Shown: in pieces, positions 1-9,439 of the stretch
Position numbering within the stretch: the first letter of the stretch is position 1
Layout: the number at the start of each line of letters is the position of its first letter
Origin: Candidatus Kaiserbacteria bacterium RIFOXYB1_FULL_46_14
GTDB taxonomy: Bacteria > Patescibacteriota > Minisyncoccia > Phycocordibacterales > UBA918
Assembly (NCBI GenBank): GCA_001783525.1
Contig: MFMS01000004.1
Span: forward strand, 28,741-92,740
DNA: 64,000 bases
Direction of reading: 5' to 3'
Translations under genes and position numbers: made by a program
Notes under the pieces: generated by a model
Told to the model about the DNA's origin: nothing
Database searches by the model: none
Seen by the model: only the letters and a program-made list of their open reading frames with translations

Positions 1-570
1 TACCGTTGCCGAGGAGGAGGCCAGTGAGAGTGGCGGCGCCGGTGCCGCCGCGTGCCACCGTGAGCGTGCCCGTTGTGTCTGACAGAGCAACACCGAGACT
101 CGATGTGGCGACTTGTGTCCAACCAGTTCCACCCGCGTTCCCGATAAGAAGCTGGTTGGCGGAAACCGAAGAGAGTCCGGTGCCGCCGCGTGAAGCAGCT
201 AATGTTCCGGACCAGGTTAAAGTATGTGCTGAACCACTCGATACCATCGTAACGTTGGTGTCATTAACAAAGGTCTGTGTGCTTGAAGTAAGACCATTCA
301 ATGAAATCAACCCAGACCCCCCACCTACAGCAGTGCCACTCCAGTACAAAACTCCGTCCACATTGTAGAGTTTCGAGCCCGTATCTGCTGGTGCCGAACT
401 AGAAGCAAGCAAAAGCGTTCTTGTCTCAATATCACACCCAGAATCACCCGGCGAGCACCCCGGGTTAAGGGTTTCCCCTGGCGCATAATACGCAAATGTT
501 AAAAGCGGCACGAAGAACAACACTGCAGCAATCAACCACAAAAAGCCTCCTTTGCTCCGAAAAGTAGATC
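1..570 (-). CDS. Partial (N-terminal part only) secreted surface repeat protein. The start codon is at 568-570 and the gene runs off the window start.
   Basis: Translation of the minus strand gives MLGRSTFRSKGGFLWLIAAVLFFVPLL (a signal peptide or TM segment), followed by Gly/Thr/Ser-rich repeats with recurring ..ARGGTG.. motifs. No stop codon occurs before the window edge. Confidence 0.55.
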
Positions 571-846
571 GGCCTAACATTGCATATATTTCAGACTAAT
601 TATATAGAGTTATTGACCATTAAGTGACTTAAGTTATACACAAAACGTTTACGTCTTCAGCCAGACAACCGTATATGCTGGTCAACTATTATTGATTTTA
701 TGACTTGCTTTTTATTATAAATATGTTACTATGGAAACAAGCTTTTGAAACTCGTGTAGGGCTCATCGGCTTCAGTACCTGCGAGCCCTGGTTTCTGAAT
801 TTAACTCTCCTGCACAACGCTTCGGCGTTTAATAACAAAATAATAC

Positions 847-2160
847 ATGTCAAACGATACCCATCGGCCGCGCCGGACTAGTTCCGGACGCCGCCCCTTT
901 TCTAGTAATCAACCACACCGCAGTGGTGGTGGCTTTTCACGTAGCCCACGCAGTGGCAATACCTCTGGTAGCCATCGTACTGGTGGACACACCTCTGGAG
1001 GACAGAGCCATGGTCGCCGACCAGCAGGAGGACGCGGTGGTGGTGGCCGCAAGCTCCCAACCTTCGATCCTTCTCGCTTTATAAATACCAATCCTCGCAC
1101 TGCTGAAAAGACAGTCTATGAGGCCAAGCACCGCTTTACCACCTTCGGTCTCAACGATCGTTTTGCGCGTGAGATCGTTGCTACTGGACTTGAAGTCCCT
1201 TCACCTATCCAGGATCAGGTTATTCCTTTGATCCTGGAAGGACGCGACGTCGTTGGTCTAGCGGAAACTGGTACTGGTAAAACAGCCGCTTTCTTGATTC
1301 CACTGATCGACAAAACCTTGCGTGAATACGATCGTCAAACTTTGATTTTGGCACCGACTCGCGAGCTAGCCGCTCAGATCGAAGCTGAACTGCGCAAACT
1401 AACCAAGGAATTCCGCCTTTACTCAGCCGTCTGTGTTGGTGGCGTGGGTATTCGTGGTCAGATCAGCAACCTTCGTCGTAAGAATCACTTCGTCATCGCT
1501 ACCCCAGGCCGACTACTCGACCTATTGGAACGAGGACATTTCAAACCAGAAGGAGTGCGATCCGTCGTACTAGATGAAGCTGACCGTATGCTTGATATGG
1601 GCTTTATCAAAGACATTCGCAAGATTCTTCAAAACACTCCGAAGGAACGTGAGACCCTTCTCTTCTCAGCTACTATCACTAAAGAAGCGGAGAACTTGGT
1701 AAAAGATTTCCTTCGTGATCCTGTGACTATCTCAGTAAAGAAGAAGGACGTAACCGACTCAATCGCACAAGATGTCGTTCGCTACTCACATCACGACAAA
1801 TTCGAAACCCTCACCAAGTTACTTGCCGATCCGTCCTTCAGCCGCACCATCATTTTTGGTGCCATGAAGCACAGTGTTGAAAAGTTATCAGAGGAGTTGA
1901 CTGCGCACGGTATAAAGGCCGAATCACTTCATGGCAACAAGAGTCACGGCCAGCGTCAGCGCGCGCTCAACGCCTTCAAGAGCGGAAATGCTCGCGTTCT
2001 CGTGGCTACCGACGTAGCCGCTCGTGGTATCCACGTCGATAACGTATCGCACGTTATCAACTACGATCTTCCCAACACGTTTGAGGATTACGTACACCGC
2101 ATCGGTCGTACCGGACGAGGTAATGAGCGCGGTTCTGCACTCACCTTCGTACCTGCTTAA
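847..2160 (+). CDS. DEAD-box ATP-dependent RNA helicase with an N-terminal Arg/Gly-rich low-complexity tail
   Basis: Motif I AETGTGKTAAF, motif II VLDEADRMLDMGF, SAT, and HRIGRTGRG are all present. Confidence 0.9.
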   Translation: MSNDTHRPRRTSSGRRPFSSNQPHRSGGGFSRSPRSGNTSGSHRTGGHTSGGQSHGRRPAGGRGGGGRKLPTFDPSRFINTNPRTAEKTVYEAKHRFTTFGLNDRFAREIVATGLEVPSPIQDQVIPLILEGRDVVGLAETGTGKTAAFLIPLIDKTLREYDRQTLILAPTRELAAQIEAELRKLTKEFRLYSAVCVGGVGIRGQISNLRRKNHFVIATPGRLLDLLERGHFKPEGVRSVVLDEADRMLDMGFIKDIRKILQNTPKERETLLFSATITKEAENLVKDFLRDPVTISVKKKDVTDSIAQDVVRYSHHDKFETLTKLLADPSFSRTIIFGAMKHSVEKLSEELTAHGIKAESLHGNKSHGQRQRALNAFKSGNARVLVATDVAARGIHVDNVSHVINYDLPNTFEDYVHRIGRTGRGNERGSALTFVPA

Positions 2161-2170
2161 GGATTCAATT

Positions 2171-2205
2171 AAAAAGGCCGGCCACATTTGTGGCCGGCCT
2201 TTTTA
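2171..2205. terminator. Rho-independent bidirectional terminator hairpin
   Basis: Stem ggccggcc, loop acatttgt, stem ggccggcc, flanked by A and T runs. Confidence 0.7.
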
Positions 2206-2209
2206 ATTG

Positions 2210-2419
2210 TTATTTTTCTGACTTCTTCTCTTTGCGTTTATTTTTGATGCCAGCGTTCTTGACTACTCCTTCCATACGAGCTGGGACACGCAGTGGCAAT
2301 TCCCGATTCCCGTGCGCCAGCATACTGCGATCATCTTGAAATATTTGATGTTTCTTTTTCATACGCACCAAGATTAACTTGTAAGTTTCTTTAACTATAA
2401 CATTTGCCCGAAATGCCAA
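2210..2419 (-). CDS. Small basic hypothetical protein with a TTG start; weakly supported
   Basis: The ORF lies between the nuclease gene and a terminator. No good SD sequence sits at the correct spacing. Confidence 0.25.
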   Translation of the reverse strand: MAFRANVIVKETYKLILVRMKKKHQIFQDDRSMLAHGNRELPLRVPARMEGVVKNAGIKNKRKEKKSEK

Positions 2420-2450
2420 CAGTATTTTCTCTAATTACAAATCCTCCAAA

Positions 2451-3239
2451 CTACGGCAAAGATTCACAGACAACACCATCATGATCACCGTCTAGCCGAT
2501 CGTAGTCATAGGTCGGCGAACCGCCGCCCGCTTCAAAATGAGCCTGTGCCTCTGCTTGGGTACTGAAGTCAGAACAGTCTTTATCCATATGACCGCTGGG
2601 ATAAGTTGGCACGATTTGAGAAGTGCGGACAGCTTGTGACCCTTCGGCGCAAACACCCTCAGCCCACAAGCCTCGCTTATCAGTGCGCGCATTTGCTTCG
2701 GCGGCTTTGAATTCGGCTTGATATTTATAAGGTAGGTTGTAGGTGTATTCGTAAGCGAAGCCTTCGGTAATCAACTTCTGATTAATGAAGAGGTTGTCAG
2801 CGCGAAATACATAAGCCAGCAGTCTTCCATACTTGTCTCGCTCCCCTTGTGACGAATCTGTCTCTAGCTTCACCGACTGTCCAGTCAACCAAGCCTTGGT
2901 TTGATCCGAGGCTTCAACACCAAAGCACTGCACTGCCTTTGACGGGTGAACAGTCTCGGGCGTATCGACTCCAATCATTCGTACAGTTTCGCTCGTGCCG
3001 TCTATATCAATGACGATCGTATCGCCATCTATTACTTTCAAGACTTTGTATGAGGCTCGAAGTTGTACTGGTGTTGTTTTATCACTAGAAACCTCTGCCG
3101 CAGAAGACGACCCGACGATGACTTCTTCTGAAGAAGCTTCCTCATTCCAATCTACTTCTATATCGTTAACAATGACACTACTCCACCCTGCATAGAGGGC
3201 CGCGACAACAATCAGAATGTATAAAAATGCGCGATACAC
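2451..3239 (-). CDS. Secreted thermonuclease (SNase-like) with a C-terminal Excalibur calcium-binding domain
   Basis: N-terminal signal/TM segment, SNase motif [10 protein letters not shown]...RMIGVDTPE, and C-terminal [15 protein letters not shown] (an Excalibur DxDxDGxxCE motif). Confidence 0.8.
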   Translation of the reverse strand: MYRAFLYILIVVAALYAGWSSVIVNDIEVDWNEEASSEEVIVGSSSAAEVSSDKTTPVQLRASYKVLKVIDGDTIVIDIDGTSETVRMIGVDTPETVHPSKAVQCFGVEASDQTKAWLTGQSVKLETDSSQGERDKYGRLLAYVFRADNLFINQKLITEGFAYEYTYNLPYKYQAEFKAAEANARTDKRGLWAEGVCAEGSQAVRTSQIVPTYPSGHMDKDCSDFSTQAEAQAHFEAGGGSPTYDYDRLDGDHDGVVCESLP

Positions 3240-3788
3240 TTATGAGCGACGAAGATTAAGGTAGATCACGATAAGGAAAGCGAAGGTCACCGCTGAGATA
3301 AACGGAAAACTAACAAAACCAAACATATCAATCACTTTAATCGCACAGTCAGCATTACTGCCGTCGGCTAAACACGGTAGAAAACCAGACTCGGTACTGG
3401 TGCGCGGAAGCATTTGGTAAACATACTGATACAGAGCAATCACCAGTCCAAAGATCGACAAAGCAATACCGTAAAGTGGAAAATGTCTTTGGTCTCCTGT
3501 TTTCCAAGCAACTATGGACAACAAAGCCTGCGGATAAATAGCGATGCGTTGCAACCAACAAAATGAGCACGGGATAAATCCAAAATACTCTGAATATACA
3601 AGCGACATTACTACACTGCCGACACTCGCGCCTATGATGAGCAACCACGCAAATTTTTTCACCAAGGAACCCGTGTACTTGCTTCCATAAAAGAAAAAGT
3701 CCACATACAGGAGAACGGTCACGAAAAGCATTACCAAAGAACCCGCGGCCAGCGACCAATTAAGGGTGTTTAACAAAGACAAATACAT
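3240..3788 (-). CDS. Disulfide bond formation protein, DsbB/BdbC family
   Basis: A polytopic membrane protein. The motif PCSFCWLQRIAIY matches DsbB/BdbC PCxLCxYQR, and a second Cys pair is present (CLADGSNADC). Confidence 0.65.
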   Translation of the reverse strand: MYLSLLNTLNWSLAAGSLVMLFVTVLLYVDFFFYGSKYTGSLVKKFAWLLIIGASVGSVVMSLVYSEYFGFIPCSFCWLQRIAIYPQALLSIVAWKTGDQRHFPLYGIALSIFGLVIALYQYVYQMLPRTSTESGFLPCLADGSNADCAIKVIDMFGFVSFPFISAVTFAFLIVIYLNLRRS

Positions 3789-3846
3789 ATCGGATTATTT
3801 ACTTACAGGACTGTTAACATACACTTATTGCCCTATCCTACACCTT

Positions 3847-4341
3847 TTATCTGGCACGAGAAAATCTACGTACTAGATGTAGAAGATACGAAACAACAAA
3901 GATGGCGACTACATAGCCGATTAGATAAGTCGTGAAATCATAAGGCAGACGGCCGGCCATACCGAGAAGTGTTGCTCCCCACCAAGATGTGAAGGAAATA
4001 CTTGCCCCGAGCCAAAGTGGTACCCAACGTTTATGAAGCGCCACTGCGTTTAGTATGATGGCAACAAACATTAGTTCCTTGATCCAAAGTTTTTCACTGG
4101 TCAAAATAAACTGATTACCTTGCCCCAAGTGATACCAAAACATCGCAACAATCGATATGATCATAAGAGCCATACCAACTCGTATCATGCCGTAATTAAC
4201 GTGCATCAGCGCCCGTTCGTCGTCACTAACCCGCTTGTCCTTGATCGCTCTATTAATTTGAAATTCAGCGATGGTCGCGCCACCAGTACCCAAGATCGTC
4301 GCAATCACATGTAGAGCCACGATCATTTGATATATTTCCAT
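3847..4341 (-). CDS. Hypothetical integral membrane protein
   Basis: Four to five predicted TM helices; no motif recognised. Confidence 0.5.
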   Translation of the reverse strand: MEIYQMIVALHVIATILGTGGATIAEFQINRAIKDKRVSDDERALMHVNYGMIRVGMALMIISIVAMFWYHLGQGNQFILTSEKLWIKELMFVAIILNAVALHKRWVPLWLGASISFTSWWGATLLGMAGRLPYDFTTYLIGYVVAIFVVSYLLHLVRRFSRAR

Positions 4342-4536
4342 ATCAAAATATTATAACCCCTCGGCAATGGCGGTTAGAGATTGAGCGCGGATACCTTAGA
4401 CCAAAATACATGCGTATGCCTCCATATTTTGCTGGCCGTCTCGTGTTAGAACCGTGGTCGGCTAAGCCCGGATTGCTTTGTTTGGTGAGTATAAGCTAGT
4501 TCGAAACGACGTGTCTCATGCGCGGCGAGAAGCACT

Positions 4537-5085
4537 CTATGGGCCAAGTACCTTAAACCTGAGGATGCCAATTGTTAACTTATTAACCTGTCCTGTCTTT
4601 TGGTTGAAATGGGTGCTTCTAGGGAAAAATCCGTAGTCTGTCGCGAAGAAATAAGGAAGTCCTTCACTTGGTACATCATCCTTCTTAATGACCAGGTGGT
4701 ATTGAGAGCCGTCAATATCAACAATATAGCCAGGATATATAGGATAAGAGATTACTCCCCGCTGATGACTGGCCTCGCCTGTCGCCGTGAGCGGAGTGAC
4801 TGATGCATCTGTCACAACATAGGTGTGCCAAAAACCATCATTTGCATTTAGGGTGAGGTTTCCTTGATTTTTTATCGCTAATTGAAAGTCTGCTGTGTAA
4901 GAGCCGTCATCTTGTTTTGTGAAAGTTATAACATCGCTATATACACTATTCTGTTTCGCTACCATGACCAAATCGGGTTGTGGCGATGTGAAGAGCCCAA
5001 ATGCACGACCTGTAAAGTAAATAACAACCGCGGCTACCAAAGTTGATAGCAGGCTTGCTAAGAAATTCATCCAAAATTCGCTCAT
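4537..5085 (-). CDS. Hypothetical membrane-anchored protein
   Basis: N-terminal TM segment then a soluble domain. The start codon abuts the tRNA-Gln 3' end. Confidence 0.5.
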   Translation of the reverse strand: MSEFWMNFLASLLSTLVAAVVIYFTGRAFGLFTSPQPDLVMVAKQNSVYSDVITFTKQDDGSYTADFQLAIKNQGNLTLNANDGFWHTYVVTDASVTPLTATGEASHQRGVISYPIYPGYIVDIDGSQYHLVIKKDDVPSEGLPYFFATDYGFFPRSTHFNQKTGQVNKLTIGILRFKVLGP

Positions 5086-5159
5086 GCTGCGGGACTTGGA
5101 ATCGAACCAAGATAAACGGCTTCAAAGGCCGCTGTCCTACCTTTAGACGATCCCGCAAT
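5086..5159 (-). tRNA. tRNA-Gln (anticodon TTG)
   Basis: Cloverleaf with a 7-bp acceptor stem, T-loop TTCGATT and anticodon loop cTTTGaa. Confidence 0.75.
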
Positions 5160-5294
5160 TTAGTGGCTGTACTTTAGCATATTAGGCGGCGATTTTCAGC
5201 TAGCGGCGCGGGCGAAGCCCGCGCCGCATGGATTGGCTTGAAAACCGGCCAACTGTCTGTATGATTAATCTGGCTAGTTCACTGGAGACGGACA

Positions 5295-5636
5295 ATGACC
5301 ACAATCACTGAGTTAATGGATAAAGTACTGTCGCTGCCCAAGAACGAACTTCGTCCGGGAACACCGACAGAAGAGCGGGTGCTGGAGATGAAAATTTTAT
5401 TTCCTCTTGCACCACAACTGGCGAATGTGCGACGGGGCTGTTTACCAAAAAACGGATCCGTCGAGGTGCATGTGAGAGTGAATCCTACATCGTTCAACAA
5501 CAAATATCACGAGATCAACATTTTTCGTCATAACGGCAAAGACGTCGTAACGATTAATGGCGCGATCTTGCACGCAAGTACGGTTGAGGAGATCCACCAG
5601 TATGTCTCCGAACTTTGCTCGGAGAACGCTCACTAG
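5295..5636 (+). CDS. Hypothetical protein
   Basis: GGAG sits 6 nt upstream of the ATG, and a strong terminator follows the gene. Confidence 0.5.
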   Translation: MTTITELMDKVLSLPKNELRPGTPTEERVLEMKILFPLAPQLANVRRGCLPKNGSVEVHVRVNPTSFNNKYHEINIFRHNGKDVVTINGAILHASTVEEIHQYVSELCSENAH

Positions 5637-5641
5637 CAGAA

Positions 5642-5680
5642 AGGCCGGCGCACCAATGGTGCGCCGGCCAAACTTTTTAT
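5642..5680. terminator. Bidirectional rho-independent terminator
   Basis: Stem ggccggcgcacc, loop aatg, stem gtgcgccggcc, followed by a T-tract. Confidence 0.75.
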
Positions 5681-5690
5681 TTTATTGCCA

Positions 5691-6611
5691 TTAAGCTCGC
5701 AAATAGCGCGAAACGGCCCAAGCACTAGAGACAAGACCAAGTGCTACTCCAGAACCAACGATGACCGAAAAGACATAAACGAAATTGGCTAGGAAATAGT
5801 GGAAGATGTTGAAGCTGAAGAAAGTCTCAGTACCAGGTCCTAGCCAATAAAGAATCGGGTACATTATTATGATAGCAACGACTCCGGAAACCAATCCGTA
5901 CAACACTCCTTGCAACATAAACGGACCGCGAATGAAGGTGTTGGAAGCTCCAACTAGGCGCATCACAGTAATCTCCTCGCGTGACGTATAGATAGCCAAC
6001 CTTATGGTGTTGAAGGTAATAAGGACAGCCGCCGCTACCAAGATGAGCATAGTGGTGATACTAGCTCGTTCGACAACGCCAATGATAGAAGCAAGCTTCT
6101 CGATCACTTCTTTGTTTTTGACAAAGTTCACACGATCAATGACCGGCGCCTGTGGCGATTCGCCTACACGCTGTTCATCGAGGAAGCGGGCGATTGTTTC
6201 ATACTGCGAAGTATCTCCCGCACTAATAGAAAGTGAAGCACCGAGAGGGTTCTCGCCCAACTCATCCAAAGCTTGGATGGTGAGCTCATCACCGCGGTGG
6301 CGCTCACGGAAAGCGGCCAACGCTTCTTCGCGTGAGGTAAAGACAACCTCAGATACTTCTGGCAAGGCTTCGAGCCGGCCCTGCAAGGCCTGCATATCTG
6401 CCTCGGCCGCATTGATATTGAAGTAAACGTTGATATCAACCTTGCTTTCGATCTGAGCCAAAGAAGCACCGAGTAGCTGGTCGATCATCATGATGGCGCC
6501 GATCACAAACAATGCGATTGTCATCACAAAGACTGAAGCAAACGAAACGAAAGTGCTTCGCCAAAAACCGACTACTCCAGAACGTACGACTCTTTTGAAG
6601 GCTACCCACAT
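5691..6611 (-). CDS. ftsX: Cell division permease FtsX
   Basis: FtsX-like topology (one TM segment, a periplasmic domain, then three TM segments) directly downstream of ftsE. Confidence 0.8.
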   Translation of the reverse strand: MWVAFKRVVRSGVVGFWRSTFVSFASVFVMTIALFVIGAIMMIDQLLGASLAQIESKVDINVYFNINAAEADMQALQGRLEALPEVSEVVFTSREEALAAFRERHRGDELTIQALDELGENPLGASLSISAGDTSQYETIARFLDEQRVGESPQAPVIDRVNFVKNKEVIEKLASIIGVVERASITTMLILVAAAVLITFNTIRLAIYTSREEITVMRLVGASNTFIRGPFMLQGVLYGLVSGVVAIIIMYPILYWLGPGTETFFSFNIFHYFLANFVYVFSVIVGSGVALGLVSSAWAVSRYLRA

Positions 6612-6651
6612 AGAAATTAAGAATTAAATATCAAAATGAAACTTATGAATG

Positions 6652-7335
6652 TTACAGGACATACTTACCGGTAGCGTCGTCACGGACAACACGTCCACTA
6701 TCCATAGTGATGACACGACGACCCAATTCATCAATCACACCCTTGTTGTGGGTGGTCATTATGACAGTGGTACCAAGATCATTGATCTTCTTTAGGATTT
6801 GCACGACTTCGTAAGTAGCAATCGGGTCGAGGTTGCCGGTTGGTTCATCAGCAATGATGATATCGGGCTGATTGACAATGGCGCGAGCAATCGCCACTCG
6901 TTGCTTCTCACCTCCAGACAACTGATGTGGAAAATTCCAAGCTTTGTCTTCGAGATCTACCAGTGCAAGAGCCTGTGGCACATTCTCTGCGATCTCACTG
7001 TCATCGCGACCATTAGCCTCCATCGCAAAGGCGATGTTTTCGTAAGCAGTCTTGTTAGGTAGGAGTTTAAAATCCTGAAAGACAGTACCTATCTTGCGGC
7101 GAAACTTAGGCAGCTTGCCGCGTGGAATACGATGAATATCTAGTGATTCGTAAAAAACCGAACCTTCCGAAGGGCGATCCTCCGCAATCAGCATTTTGAG
7201 TAGGGTCGATTTACCAGCTCCGGAATGACCGACGATCGACACGAACTCGTGTGGTGCCACTTGAAATGTCACTTGTTCTAGGGCTATCGACTCTTTGTCG
7301 TTATACCACTTGGAAACTTTGTCAAAATAAATCAT
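6652..7335 (-). CDS. ftsE: Cell division ABC ATPase FtsE
   Basis: Walker A GHSGAGKST, ABC signature LSGGEKQRVAIARA, and Walker B IIADEPTGNLD. Confidence 0.9.
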   Translation of the reverse strand: MIYFDKVSKWYNDKESIALEQVTFQVAPHEFVSIVGHSGAGKSTLLKMLIAEDRPSEGSVFYESLDIHRIPRGKLPKFRRKIGTVFQDFKLLPNKTAYENIAFAMEANGRDDSEIAENVPQALALVDLEDKAWNFPHQLSGGEKQRVAIARAIVNQPDIIIADEPTGNLDPIATYEVVQILKKINDLGTTVIMTTHNKGVIDELGRRVITMDSGRVVRDDATGKYVL

Positions 7336-7369
7336 ATACGGCTACACAGAAACACAACTTATAAGTTTA

Positions 7370-8326
7370 TTATACACCATGCATGGAGTCTATGAAGACT
7401 TGTATATCACCACCGAGCACGGCATCCACATTGCGCACCTCTACACTAGTACGATGATCTTTAACCAATTGATACGGATGGAGGACATATGAACGGATCT
7501 GGCTCCCCCACTCAATCTTAACGGTTTTTTCGATAGCTAAACCAGCCAACTCACGTTCGCGCTGAGTTTCTTTAAAAGCAAAAACCTTGCCATAGAGAAG
7601 CCTGAGCGCTTTGTCTCGATTTTGTAATTGACTCCGTTCTGAAGAAACGTGCACCGATATATTGGTCGGTGTATGTACCGCACGCACCGCGGTCTCACGC
7701 TTGTTTACGTTTTGCCCGCCAGCTCCTCCTGATCGCGCAAAAGATATTTCAACCTCAGTCTCTGGCAATACCTCACCGTCATCTTCTTCCATAATTGGAG
7801 ACACCTCAACCAGCACAAAAGATGTCTGGCGTTTATCGTTGGAATTGAACGGTGAAATGCGCACTAGGCGATGCACACCACTCTCGTGTTTGAGAGTACC
7901 GAAAGCATCCTTTCCATTTATTTCAAAAACAATGTTTCGATAGCCACCGTGATCGTTTTCATTTTGATCAAGCATGACCACAGACCAATTACGATTTGCA
8001 GCATAACGCTGATACATTTCAACCAACATTCGCGCAAAGTCTTCGGCGTCGTCACCACCAGCACCGGCAACAATTGTAAACACCGCCGACAAACGATCAT
8101 ACTTACCCCTCCCTTCTACCTCATCCCGAAGTGTTTGGAGCTCCTTAATCATCGCTTGTGCTGCTTTTGGATCGCCCCAAAAATCTGAACGAAGCATCGA
8201 TTCTTCAATTTCTTTTATCCGGTCTGCTGTTTGCTGATTTTGCCCATTAGCCATAAAGTGTGTCAATTCTAACAGAAACGGCGGCAGTCCGCTTCGCGAA
8301 CTGCCGCCGTTTCTACTCCTCGCCAT
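7370..8326 (-). CDS. prfB: Peptide chain release factor 2
   Basis: SPF tripeptide, GGQ motif (SGGAGGQNVNK), and an RF2-like domain order. The N-terminal start is ambiguous, with an alternative ATG at 8254. Confidence 0.85.
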   Translation of the reverse strand: MARSRNGGSSRSGLPPFLLELTHFMANGQNQQTADRIKEIEESMLRSDFWGDPKAAQAMIKELQTLRDEVEGRGKYDRLSAVFTIVAGAGGDDAEDFARMLVEMYQRYAANRNWSVVMLDQNENDHGGYRNIVFEINGKDAFGTLKHESGVHRLVRISPFNSNDKRQTSFVLVEVSPIMEEDDGEVLPETEVEISFARSGGAGGQNVNKRETAVRAVHTPTNISVHVSSERSQLQNRDKALRLLYGKVFAFKETQRERELAGLAIEKTVKIEWGSQIRSYVLHPYQLVKDHRTSVEVRNVDAVLGGDIQVFIDSMHGV

Positions 8327-8490
8327 GACTCACGGTTCGCTGTGGCTCACATCGTGAGTCCGGGCTCAAGTCACGTTGATCTGACGCAGGTCAAAATTTC
8401 GTCTCCTCGCCCTGACTCACGGTTCGCTGTGGCTCACATCGTGAGTCCGGGCTCAAAGCACAAAAACCTGACGCAGGTCAGGTTTTTGTG
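8313..8490. repeat. Tandem direct repeat, two units of about 85 bp, each carrying a hyphenated palindrome
   Basis: The core ctcctcgccNtgactcacggttcgctgtggctcacatcgtgagtccgggctcaa occurs at 8313-8366 and again at 8404-8457, so two periodic copies are directly visible. Confidence 0.8.
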
Positions 8491-8496
8491 TCTTTG

Positions 8497-8569
8497 AGCC
8501 ATCTCCCAGGATTGAACTGGGGACCTCATCCTTACCATGGATGCGCTCTACCAACTGAGCTAAGATGGC
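8497..8569 (-). tRNA. tRNA-Thr (anticodon GGT)
   Basis: Cloverleaf with D-arm GCTCAGTTGGTAGAGC, T-loop TTCAATC and anticodon loop aTGGTaa. Confidence 0.7.
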
Positions 8570-8743
8570 AAAATCACGCGCGGGGACAGCCTGATACATT
8601 GCCTTGCCATCCAGTTACGGATGTAGGACAGGGTGTCTTATCCCGCACGACGACCGGAACGCAAAACATATCCGATCGCGTGGGTCAGCATAACAAAAAA
8701 CTTCGTTGAAAACAAAGTTTTTGTGTAATACCATAGTGACCAC

Positions 8744-8817
8744 GCCGTCTTAGCTCAGTTGGCAGAGCATTGCATTCGTAACGCAAAGGTCGACAGTTCA
8801 ATTCTGTCAGACGGCTC
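8744..8817 (+). tRNA. tRNA-Thr (anticodon CGT)
   Basis: gccgtct...agacggc acceptor stem, anticodon loop ttCGTaa, and T-loop TTCAATT. Confidence 0.7.
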
Positions 8818-9439
8818 ATTCACGCTTCAACCTAACATACGCCCAAGTAGCTAGTACCGCTCCTGCCAAGTTGAAGCACATGTCGAGCATTGTGTTGTAG
8901 TATCCGCCTACCCCGTTTTTCACGGTCAAAGAAATAAAAAATTCCATAATCTCGTTAAGGCCACTTATACCAAGTGATGCCATAACTGCGAACAGGAACA
9001 CTAATGCGCTTTGTCCACGCGGCAAAAGTTTAGAGCGTATCAAATGATAAGCCATCACTGCTACCACTCCGTACAAGTAAGCGTGTACGACTTGATCGTA
9101 TTTAAGAATGTAGAATTCGCCACCTAAATCCAAAAATGGATAGATCCGATAAGCGAACAAGACTCCGTCTGGCGTCGGTACGGAACCTCCCAAAACGTGT
9201 GCCAAACCCCAAAATGACAACAGCCATAATAACCACAAAGGAAAGCGAGCGCGCTTATGTATCCACAGTACGGCACTAAAAATACCGATCAACACGAGCA
9301 CATAGGCAATGAACTCAAAGTTAAGATGCCGAATGAAGTAGATTGCACCCAGAGACAAATACAGCCCTGAGAATAGAATCAGAGCTGTAAATGATGATCG
9401 TCTCGTCATATAAGTTTTACTGAATAGAGACAGATTCAA
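8816..9439 (-). CDS. Hypothetical polytopic membrane protein
   Basis: Six or more hydrophobic helices. Confidence 0.5.
   Translation of the reverse strand: MNLSLFSKTYMTRRSSFTALILFSGLYLSLGAIYFIRHLNFEFIAYVLVLIGIFSAVLWIHKRARFPLWLLWLLSFWGLAHVLGGSVPTPDGVLFAYRIYPFLDLGGEFYILKYDQVVHAYLYGVVAVMAYHLIRSKLLPRGQSALVFLFAVMASLGISGLNEIMEFFISLTVKNGVGGYYNTMLDMCFNLAGAVLATWAYVRLKRE

Noticed and set aside
6-368. Plus-strand ORF of 120 aa at the window start
   Set aside because: It is antisense to a much better minus-strand coding frame (a signal peptide plus Gly/Thr-rich repeats) that starts at 570 and runs off the window. It is a shadow ORF in GC-rich repeat DNA.
8230-8260. Programmed +1 frameshift site in prfB
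   Set aside because: There is no CUU-UGA-C shifty stop. The only upstream in-frame stop (TAA at 8247-8249) is preceded by GGC, which cannot re-pair at +1, and the upstream frame has no start codon.
8330-8470. RNase P RNA, suggested by an AGTCCGGGCTC match to the P4 5' strand consensus
   Set aside because: The match sits inside a 52-bp tandem-repeat core. None of the other universal RNase P motifs (the P4 3' strand ACAGAA..CCCGGCUUA, GGUAACGCC, AGGGUGAAA) are present, and the region is far too short.
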